A DNA stretch of 13,986 bases from an uncultured Deinococcales bacterium (GTDB lineage: Bacteria; Deinococcota; Deinococci; Deinococcales; JAAFIG01), in contig CAXTKV010000143.1 in assembly GCA_964244895.1 (NCBI GenBank), positions 1 through 13,986 of the forward strand, written 5' to 3'. Both the position numbers and the translations under genes were made by a program. This document shows, piece after piece, positions 7,683 through 13,986 of this stretch. Each line of letters opens with the position of its first letter. Within the stretch, counting starts at the first letter, position 1. Below the pieces are notes generated by a model. It was not told the origin of the DNA. It did not search any database and was given only the letters and a program-made list of their open reading frames with translations.

Positions 7683-8849
7683 GTGAGCAAAACCCTCCCG
7701 ACCGCCCTCGAGAACGCCGCGCCCGAACGCGCCGCAGTAGAAAGCGCTGCAGTAGAAAGTGCTGCACTGGAACGCGCTGCGCTCGAGCAGGCAGCCCGCA
7801 ACGCCGTCCGCCCCGAGATTCGCAACGCGCCGCATTACCCGTACACCGTCTACGACGCGCCGGTCAAGCTTGATCAGAACGAGAGCCCGCACGATTTCCC
7901 GCAGGAACTCAAGGCGCTGGCGGTGGAGCGCGCGCTGGGCGCGCACTGGAACCGTTACCCGGACATCCACGCGGACGGTTTGCGCGCGAAGCTCGGCGCG
8001 TTCGAGGGCTGGAATCCTGAAGGCGTCGTGATCGCGTCCGGGTCGAACGTGCTGATCTACGCGCTGACCCAGATCGCCGGGATCGGGCAGCGGGTGCTGA
8101 CCCTCGCACCCGCTTTCGCGCTCTACGCGTTGGGCGCGAAATTGCTCGGGTCGCAATTGCAGGAATTGCCGCTGGAACCGGATTTTGAATTGCCGATGGA
8201 CGCGCTGCTGAACGAATTGCGCGCCGGAGGGCCGGGATTGCTGTACCTGGCCGAACCGCACGCGCCATCCGGCAAACTGCACGATATCGCAGAGATCAGG
8301 CGGATTCTCGAGGCCGCGCAGGATGGCTGGATCGTCGTGCTGGACGAGGCGTACCACCAGTTCGCGGGCCGCGATCACCGCGCGTTGGCGCTCGAATTCG
8401 GCAACGTCGCGATCCTGCGCACCTTCTCTAAGGCCTGGGGGCTGGGCGGCGTGCGGCTCGGCTATTTGCTCGCGCACCCCGGCCTGGCGCTCGAGGTGCA
8501 GAAAATGATGCTGCCGTTCAGCATCGGCGCACTCAACCAGGCCGTACTGGATGTGGCGCTCGAGCATCCGGGCTACGTGCAAACCAGGGTCGAGGAGACG
8601 CTCCTCGAGCGCCGACGCGTCTACGAGGCGTTGCTTGAACATCCGTCCTGGACGGTCTATCCATCCCAGGCCAATTTCTTGTTGATCCGCACGCCAAACG
8701 CGGCTCTGGCACACCGCGCGCTGCTGGAACGGGGCGTGCTGGTCAGACGCCAGGACAGCTACGCGGGGCTGGCGGGTTGCATTCGCGTCTCCATCGGGAC
8801 GCGCCAAGAAAACGATGCTTTCTTGAAGGCCGCCTCGGAGATCGCGTGA
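7683..8849 (+). CDS. hisC: Histidinol-phosphate aminotransferase
   Basis: Motifs KLDQNESP, RYPD, LDEAY, LRTFSKAWGLGGVRLGY (PLP lysine), PSQANF and IRVSIGT; adjacent to hisB. Confidence 0.95.
   Translation: MSKTLPTALENAAPERAAVESAAVESAALERAALEQAARNAVRPEIRNAPHYPYTVYDAPVKLDQNESPHDFPQELKALAVERALGAHWNRYPDIHADGLRAKLGAFEGWNPEGVVIASGSNVLIYALTQIAGIGQRVLTLAPAFALYALGAKLLGSQLQELPLEPDFELPMDALLNELRAGGPGLLYLAEPHAPSGKLHDIAEIRRILEAAQDGWIVVLDEAYHQFAGRDHRALALEFGNVAILRTFSKAWGLGGVRLGYLLAHPGLALEVQKMMLPFSIGALNQAVLDVALEHPGYVQTRVEETLLERRRVYEALLEHPSWTVYPSQANFLLIRTPNAALAHRALLERGVLVRRQDSYAGLAGCIRVSIGTRQENDAFLKAASEIA
7701..7790 (+). repeat. Six degenerate 15-bp tandem units encoding about AA(L/V)E(R/S) at the HisC N-terminus
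   Basis: accgccctcgagaac | gccgcgcccgaacgc | gccgcagtagaaagc | gctgcagtagaaagt | gctgcactggaacgc | gctgcgctcgagcag. Confidence 0.8.
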
Positions 8850-9448
8850 GCCGCGCAGCGCCCGACCGGAGTGCGGTCGTGGAACGCGACACCAATGAAA
8901 CGCAGATCAGGCTCTCGCTCGACCTGGATCGCGCCCTTCCCGGCGCGCTCGAGACGAATCACGGCTTCACCACGCACATGCTGGATGCCCTGCGTCGGCA
9001 CGGCAAGATCGGGCTCGAGGTTACGGCCACCGGCGATCTCGGGGTGGACGTGCATCACCTGGTCGAGGATCTGGGCATCACGCTCGGCCAGGCGCTGGCG
9101 CGGGCGCTCGCCGATAAGACGGGCATCGAGCGCTACGCGGACGCCTTCGTCCCGATGGACGAGAGCCTGGCGCAGGTCGTGCTGGATCTGTCCGGACGGG
9201 CGCACCTGGAATTCCGACCCGAGGAATTGCGCGTCCAGGGCGATGTGCAGGGCTTCACCATCTACCACCTGCGCGAATTCCTGCGCGGCTTTTGCAACCA
9301 TTCGGGAACCACCATGCACGTGCGCGTGCTGGCCGGGCGCGAGGTTCACCACGTCAGCGAAGCGATCATCAAGGCCTTCGCTCGAGCCCTCTATGCCGCC
9401 ACCCGTGTCACATCCAACGCGCTGCCCAGCACCAAGGGCAGCCTGTGA
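8846..9448 (+). CDS. hisB: Imidazoleglycerol-phosphate dehydratase
   Basis: Motifs RDTNETQI, HML, DVHHLVEDLGI, PMDE, HHVSEAIIKA and PSTKGSL; GTG start overlaps the hisC stop (GTGA). Confidence 0.97.
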   Translation: MSRAAPDRSAVVERDTNETQIRLSLDLDRALPGALETNHGFTTHMLDALRRHGKIGLEVTATGDLGVDVHHLVEDLGITLGQALARALADKTGIERYADAFVPMDESLAQVVLDLSGRAHLEFRPEELRVQGDVQGFTIYHLREFLRGFCNHSGTTMHVRVLAGREVHHVSEAIIKAFARALYAATRVTSNALPSTKGSL

Positions 9449-9458
9449 GGGAGGTGCC

Positions 9459-9803
9459 GTGAGCCGCACCGAATACGTCAAGCTCGAGATCTTCGTGCCC
9501 GCCACGCACCTGGATGCCCTTCAGGACGCGCTGCACGAGATCGGCGTCGGCAAGATCGGGCTTTACGATCACTGCTTCGCCGTGACCAGCATGACGGGCA
9601 TGTTCAGACCGCTGCCAGGTTCCACCCCGTATTCCGGCACGCCCGGTCAGGTCAGCCGGATGCTGGAATTCAAACTCGAGACGCGCTGCCCCAAACCGCT
9701 CGTGCGGGCCGCGCTGGAGGCCGTCCGGCGCGTGCATCCCTACGAGCAACCCGTGGTGGACGTGATCCCGTTGATGAACCACGAATTCGATACGGACATG
9801 TGA
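9459..9803 (+). CDS. Stand-alone NIF3/YqfO central-domain-like (PII/CutA-like fold) protein
   Basis: SD GGAGGT at 9450-9455; motifs KLEIFVP, GKIGLYDHC, GMFRPLPGSTP and VHPYEQP. Confidence 0.85.
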   Translation: MSRTEYVKLEIFVPATHLDALQDALHEIGVGKIGLYDHCFAVTSMTGMFRPLPGSTPYSGTPGQVSRMLEFKLETRCPKPLVRAALEAVRRVHPYEQPVVDVIPLMNHEFDTDM

Positions 9804-9833
9804 GCTCTGTTTCTCGAGTACCCGTGAGGCGCG

Positions 9834-10451
9834 ATGAAAACCTTATTGATCGATTACGGTTCCGGCAACCTGCGCTCTGCGGCGAAGGCCCTCGAGGTCG
9901 CGGGCTTCGAGGTTCAGGTCTCGAGCGACCCCCGAGACGCGCGACGCGCCGACGCGCTGGTGCTGCCGGGTCAGGGCCACTTCCGGCAGGTCATGGAGAG
10001 CTTCCTGGCGTCCGGCTTCGAGGACGCCGTGCGCGATCACATCGGGGCGCAGAAGCCCTTTTTGGGGATCTGCGTCGGCATGCAAATCTTGTTTGAATCG
10101 AGCGAGGAATCCGACAAGCCCGGCCTGGGCGTTCTGCCGGGTCGCGTCAAACGCTTCGTGAACCTCGAGAAATCGCGCCCCGTGCCGCAGATGCAGTGGA
10201 ATCGCCTGATGCCCGTCGGCGATTCCCCCTTGATGCGCGGGCTGGGCGAAGCGAGCTTCGCGTACTTCGTGCATTCGTACTACGCGCCGCTCGAGGTCGC
10301 TCAGGACGGCGCGGTCACGAATTACGGACTGGATTTCCTGAGCGTGATTTCTCGGGGCCACCTTCACGCCACGCAATTCCACCCGGAGAAATCTCAGCGC
10401 GTCGGGTTGAAACTGCTCGAGAATTTTCGCGTCTGGGCCGAGAACGCCTGA
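9834..10451 (+). CDS. hisH: Imidazole glycerol phosphate synthase, glutaminase subunit
   Basis: Motifs IDYGSGNL, LPGQG, GICVGMQ (catalytic Cys), YFVHSY and QFHPEKS. Confidence 0.97.
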   Translation: MKTLLIDYGSGNLRSAAKALEVAGFEVQVSSDPRDARRADALVLPGQGHFRQVMESFLASGFEDAVRDHIGAQKPFLGICVGMQILFESSEESDKPGLGVLPGRVKRFVNLEKSRPVPQMQWNRLMPVGDSPLMRGLGEASFAYFVHSYYAPLEVAQDGAVTNYGLDFLSVISRGHLHATQFHPEKSQRVGLKLLENFRVWAENA

Positions 10452-10461
10452 GCAGCACGAT

Positions 10462-10517
10462 TCGAGAACACCGTCTGGGGCGCGTTTCGCGATTCGCGTG
10501 CCGGACGGTGTTCTCGA
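10462..10517. repeat. REP-like inverted doublet between convergent genes
   Basis: tcgagaacaccgtc (10462-10475) and gacggtgttctcga (10504-10517) form a perfect 14-bp inverted repeat. Confidence 0.85.
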
Positions 10518-10668
10518 GCCAACCGCTCGTGAGGTCAGATCAAATCGTCTTTGGGCGGTAGCTCCCTGAACGATGCGAGGTCATCTCCTCGTCCGAGACC
10601 GCAATATCGAGAATCAGACACCGACAACATCAATCGCGATCTGATAACCGTCCTCGAGCGATGCAGCC

Positions 10669-11517
10669 TCAGTTCAAGCCGTACTTCGCCGCTCCCTCGC
10701 GCAAGAATTTCATGCCGCCCGCCGCGAGTTCCGCGCCCGTGTGCTTCGGGGCGCGCCACAGGCAGGTGGCCGCCGCCAGCGCCGGGTTGATCGCCGCGAA
10801 GGATTCCAGCGTCAGGTAACCGGAAAAACCCGAGTCCTTGAGCGCCAAAAAAACCTGATCCCAGTTGACCGTGCCCGTGCCGACCATGCCCCGATGGGAT
10901 TCGCTCATGTGGACGTACTCCAGCACGTCTTTGGTGGCCAGGATCGGATCGCGGAAACCTTCCTCCTCGATGTTCATGTGGTACGTGTCCGCGTGCAATT
11001 TCAGGTTCGACGCGCCGACGTGCAAGATGGTTTCTCGGGTGTCCGCGAGCGTGTTGTAGAGGTACGTCTCGTAGCGGTTGCAGGCTTCCAGGCCGAGCGT
11101 GATGCCCATGCCGCGCGCGCGCTCCGCCAGCACCCCGAGCGTGTCCACGACCGTCTGGCGCTCGGCTGGCTTCGGGCCTACTCCAGTCAGGTGCCCGAGG
11201 TGGTACGCGATGCAGCCGCACAGGTAATTCGAGCCGATGGCGTCCACTTTCTCGAGCGCTTTGGTCAGGAACGCCAGGGCTTCCTTCGGGCGATCCGGCA
11301 TGTGCGCGTCCACAGGCAGCACCAGTGACGCCGTGGCAAAAATCTTGTTCTGCTCGAGTTCGCGTTTGTGGCTGGCCGCGTCGAAACCGTCCGGATCGAG
11401 CAAGGGAATCTCGATGAACTCCGCGCCCGCTCTGGCGGCGGCGCGGATGGCCTCGTTGCCGCTTTGCGTGTTCCACTCGCCGATCCAGACGAAGGCGTGT
11501 GCGCCGTATTTGATCAT
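10669..11517 (-). CDS. Ketose 3-epimerase family protein (D-psicose/D-tagatose/L-ribulose 3-epimerase-like TIM barrel)
   Basis: LEACNRYETY, DTYHMNIEE, HMSESHRG and LTLESF give the E-D-H-E metal site; SD GGGAG at 11523-11527 supports ATG 11517. Confidence 0.88.
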   Translation of the reverse strand: MIKYGAHAFVWIGEWNTQSGNEAIRAAARAGAEFIEIPLLDPDGFDAASHKRELEQNKIFATASLVLPVDAHMPDRPKEALAFLTKALEKVDAIGSNYLCGCIAYHLGHLTGVGPKPAERQTVVDTLGVLAERARGMGITLGLEACNRYETYLYNTLADTRETILHVGASNLKLHADTYHMNIEEEGFRDPILATKDVLEYVHMSESHRGMVGTGTVNWDQVFLALKDSGFSGYLTLESFAAINPALAAATCLWRAPKHTGAELAAGGMKFLREGAAKYGLN

Positions 11518-11546
11518 TGTGACTCCCGTGTTGTGGTCATGAATTG

Positions 11547-11552
11547 AGGATA
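11547..11552 (-). promoter_or_regulatory. Putative -10 element TATCCT (internal promoter for the epimerase)
   Basis: TAnnnT hexamer 6 nt upstream of ATG 11540 on the minus strand. Confidence 0.5.
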
Positions 11553-11591
11553 ACGCGACGGGCAAGTTCGGTGCATTTCGGACGCGTGAAC

Positions 11592-11646
11592 CTCGAGAAC
11601 ACCGTCCGGGACGCATATCAAAAACACCGTGTGGAACGGTGCTCTC
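11592..11646. repeat. REP-like inverted doublet (degenerate)
   Basis: ctcgagaacaccgtccgggacgc ... acggtgctctc; 11-bp arms with 1 mismatch. Confidence 0.7.
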
Positions 11647-11649
11647 TCA

Positions 11650-11687
11650 TTCCTTCCCCTCACGCGGTGCTGAGTGAGGGGAAGGAA
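11650..11687. terminator. Strong hairpin downstream of the sugar-binding protein gene (terminator or mRNA stabiliser)
   Basis: ttccttcccctcac (11650-11663) and gtgaggggaaggaa (11674-11687) form a perfect 14-bp stem; there is no clear U-tract. Confidence 0.5.
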
Positions 11688-11748
11688 CGAGGGCTAAGGG
11701 ATCGCCTGGCGTTGCAACGTCTTGAGATCGCGCGGTTCGTCTCGAGCC

Positions 11749-12684
11749 TTACTTGGCGTTCTCTTTGGTGATCAACCCGACCGGGCTCTCCAGGCTGTCA
11801 GGCACGGGGCGGCCCTTGAGAATCTTGAGCATCGCCTCGACCGCGATCTGGGCCATCTCGTCGGGGTTCTGCGCGACCGTGCCCGCCAGATCACCCGCTT
11901 TGACGGCGGCCACGGCTTCACCGGTGCCGTCCACGCTGAAAATCTGGATCTGACCTTTCTTGCCCGCCGCCTGCACCGCTCGCGCCGCGCCGAGGCCCAT
12001 GTCGTCGTTGGCGCAGAAAATCACCTTGACGTTCGGGTTGGCCTGAAGCACGTTGCTGGCGACGTTGAAGGCCTTGTTGCGATCCCAGTCGGCGGGTTGG
12101 CTGGACACGACCTTCAAGCCGCCCGCTTCGACGTTCTTGCGGAAGCCTGAAACCCGATCCGCGCTCGAGGACGTGCCCGCCGCGCCCTCGATGATCGCGG
12201 CCTCGGAACCCTTGGCGACCAGCTTGAGCGCCCGCAGCGCGGCCAGCTTGCCCGCCGTGACGTTGTTGGACGCGACGCGCACGGCGATGTCCACGCCGTC
12301 CTTGGTGGCGGCGTCCTCGGGGATGATCTCGTCGATGTTGATGATCGGGATTTTCTTGGCGGTGGCTTTGGCCAGACCCGAATTCAAGCTGGTGGCGCGA
12401 AACGGTGTGACGATGAAACCGTCGAAACCGCCCTGGTTGAGCCACGTCTCGAGCACCGCGAGCTGTTGATCGGCGGCGTTTTCGGTCGGTGTGGAACCCG
12501 TCACGATGTCCACGTTCATGTCCTTGGCAGCGTCCTGGTAGCCTTTTTTCATCGTCAGGAAGTACGGGTTGGATTCGTTCTTGAATAAGGCCCCGATCTT
12601 GAACTTCTTCGTCTGGGCGCTGCCCGTTGTGGCAGCCACCAGCGCGGCGAGCATGAGTGCTGAAGCGGCGATGCGTGCGTTCAT
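11749..12684 (-). CDS. Sugar ABC transporter substrate-binding protein, RbsB family, AlsB (D-allose-binding)-like
   Basis: Signal peptide; motifs SNPYF, IINIDE, AIIEGAAG, SQPADWDRNKA, IFCANDDM and TVAQNP; SD GAGGAGG upstream. Confidence 0.9.
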   Translation of the reverse strand: MNARIAASALMLAALVAATTGSAQTKKFKIGALFKNESNPYFLTMKKGYQDAAKDMNVDIVTGSTPTENAADQQLAVLETWLNQGGFDGFIVTPFRATSLNSGLAKATAKKIPIINIDEIIPEDAATKDGVDIAVRVASNNVTAGKLAALRALKLVAKGSEAAIIEGAAGTSSSADRVSGFRKNVEAGGLKVVSSQPADWDRNKAFNVASNVLQANPNVKVIFCANDDMGLGAARAVQAAGKKGQIQIFSVDGTGEAVAAVKAGDLAGTVAQNPDEMAQIAVEAMLKILKGRPVPDSLESPVGLITKENAK

Positions 12685-12742
12685 AAGAACCTCCTCGTGT
12701 TCACTCGAGCCATCCGACCCGAGGTCTTTCCGGTTTCAGTGG

Positions 12743-12801
12743 ACACCATCCAGGACGGTGTTTTTGTCATCTCGAGAAATACCGTCTGGGACGGTCTTCT
12801 C
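12743..12801. repeat. REP-like doublet with a central CTCGAG
   Basis: acaccatccaggacggtgt (12743-12761), CTCGAG at 12771, accgtctgggacggt (12781-12795). 12790-12801 is identical to window positions 1-12. Confidence 0.8.
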
Positions 12802-12837
12802 AGTGAATCGCTCACGCCATGCACCACCCCTTTCGCG

Positions 12838-13842
12838 TTAACGCGTTTTGCCCTGACGCCTGCGCCATTGATCCAGCACGGCGGCCAGGATGATCACGCC
12901 ACCGATCACGAGTTGCTGCCAGAAGCTCGGGACGTTCAGGATGTTCATGCCGTTCCTGACCAGGCTGATGATCAACGCGCCCACGACCGTGCCGGAGATG
13001 CTGGCCACGCCACCGGACAGGCTGGTGCCGCCCATGACGGTCGCGGCGATGGCGTCGAGTTCGAAGAATTGCCCCGCGTTGGAATCCGCTGTGGACAACC
13101 GCGCCGTCAGCAACGCCGCCGCCACGCCCGTCAACAGCCCGCACAGGCCGTAGACCAGCACCTTGTAGCGATCCACGTTAATGCCCGCCAGCCGCACGGT
13201 TTCTTCCCTGGAACCGATGGAAAGCGTGTACTTGCCGAAGCGCGTCTGCGTCAATGTGAAAGCGCAAATGACCGCCAGCACCAGCGAGATGATGACTGGA
13301 ACGGGAATCTCGAGGATCGATCCGGCGAAGATCGCGTTGAAGCGCGTGCCGTAATCGTAGACGGGTCGGCCCTCACTGATGACCTGCGCCAGCCCCCTGA
13401 AAATGCCCATCGTGCCCAGCGTCACGATAAACGGTTGCAAACCCAGCCTCGAGACCATCAGGCCGTTCAGCACGCCGCAGACCGCGCCCGTGGCCACGGC
13501 GATCAGGAAGCCCGTCCACGGGTCTACGCCCGCGCGCATGGCGAAGGCCGCTGCAAGCCCGCCCAACGCCACGACCGATCCCACCGACAAATCGATCCCG
13601 CTCGAGGCGATCACGAAGGTCATGCCCAGCGCGATGGTCAGGTTGATGGCGGCCTGCAAGAAGACCTGGCGGGCGTTGTCCAACCGCAAGAAGTATTGCT
13701 CGCCGCGCACCACCGGCGTGATGATCGCCAGCACCACAACCATCACCAGCAGCACCAGGAAAATCCCGTAGCGCGTCACGAAATCGCTGAAGTTCAGTGC
13801 CCCGCCCGGCCTGGCCTGCGCGCGAGTCTGCGGTGCGTTCAT
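12838..13842 (-). CDS. Monosaccharide ABC transporter permease (RbsC/AlsC-like)
   Basis: Motifs GMTFVIASSGIDLSVGS, QPFIVTLGTM, TRFGKY and ELDAIAATVMGGTSLSGG; SD GGAGG upstream. Confidence 0.93.
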   Translation of the reverse strand: MNAPQTRAQARPGGALNFSDFVTRYGIFLVLLVMVVVLAIITPVVRGEQYFLRLDNARQVFLQAAINLTIALGMTFVIASSGIDLSVGSVVALGGLAAAFAMRAGVDPWTGFLIAVATGAVCGVLNGLMVSRLGLQPFIVTLGTMGIFRGLAQVISEGRPVYDYGTRFNAIFAGSILEIPVPVIISLVLAVICAFTLTQTRFGKYTLSIGSREETVRLAGINVDRYKVLVYGLCGLLTGVAAALLTARLSTADSNAGQFFELDAIAATVMGGTSLSGGVASISGTVVGALIISLVRNGMNILNVPSFWQQLVIGGVIILAAVLDQWRRRQGKTR

Positions 13843-13986
13843 TTGTGCCTCCGGCGCGCGCTTCGCGCGCCCGAATCCGACTCGCTCGAGACGGATGGCG
13901 TGGGCGGGGCGCTCGATCCCCTGACCTGAAGCGCAGTCGGCAAGCGCAACTCGGTGATCGGTGCGTCGGGCGTCTGAATGCGCTGC
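13839..13986 (-). CDS. 3' end of a probable LacI-family transcriptional regulator (partial, runs off the window)
   Basis: Open frame QRIQTPDAPITELRLPTALQVRGSS...RRRHK* resembles LacI C-termini (RI..P...L.VRGS); its stop overlaps the permease ATG (ATGA). Confidence 0.7.
   Translation of the reverse strand, partial: QRIQTPDAPITELRLPTALQVRGSSAPPTPSVSSESDSGARSARRRHK

Noticed and set aside
8643..8660. REP-core-like CCGTCCTGGACGGTCTAT inside hisC
   Set aside because: It encodes PSWTVY in an apparently normal part of HisC with no sign of insertion and no partner arm; probably coincidence or motif bias.
7416..8807. 463-aa minus-strand ORF, and similar long antisense ORFs (919-1764, 1917-3068, 12697-13929)
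   Set aside because: They are shadows of well-supported genes on the opposite strand, typical of high-GC codon bias, and show no recognisable motifs.
8871..9458. Apparent 310-aa ORF fused to the PII-like domain, or a frameshift product of hisB
   Set aside because: The upstream part is an alternate frame of hisB; a clear SD and GTG at 9459 explain the small gene.
10535..11476. 313-aa minus-strand ORF overlapping the epimerase
   Set aside because: It is an alternate frame with Arg/Gly/Pro-rich composition and no motifs.
11710..11719. Palindrome CGTTGCAACG as a LacI operator
   Set aside because: It is short, lacks the usual central CG symmetry, and is far from the candidate promoter.
1..13986. 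CRISPR array or insertion sequence suggested by the recurring palindromes
   Set aside because: The repeats are dispersed, not regularly spaced with unique spacers, and no cas, transposase or integrase gene is present.

Overview
GC-rich bacterial chromosomal window, most likely Deinococcota (inferred from leaderless TAnnnT promoters, the HisC 'PHAPSG' variant and gene content). Plus strand: MBL-fold hydrolase, metallophosphoesterase, ParB-like/DUF4032-type protein, two small putative outer-membrane beta-barrel proteins, a carbohydrate ABC permease pair, folC, and hisC-hisB-(PII/NIF3-like small gene)-hisH. Minus strand, convergent: the 3' end of a LacI-family regulator, an RbsC-like permease, an AlsB-like sugar-binding protein and a ketose 3-epimerase. 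No transposase, CRISPR, rRNA or tRNA was seen. The strongest non-gene signals are (i) about 60 copies of the palindrome CTCGAG (roughly 12-fold over a simple expectation, in all reading frames and most intergenic regions), (ii) a REP-like intergenic family with consensus about AAnACCGTCCnGGACGC that is often abutted by CTCGAG, (iii) a multi-stem leader upstream of the first beta-barrel gene, and (iv) a candidate leaderless 8-codon uORF coupled to the epimerase. All calls come from manual reading; no searches were run.
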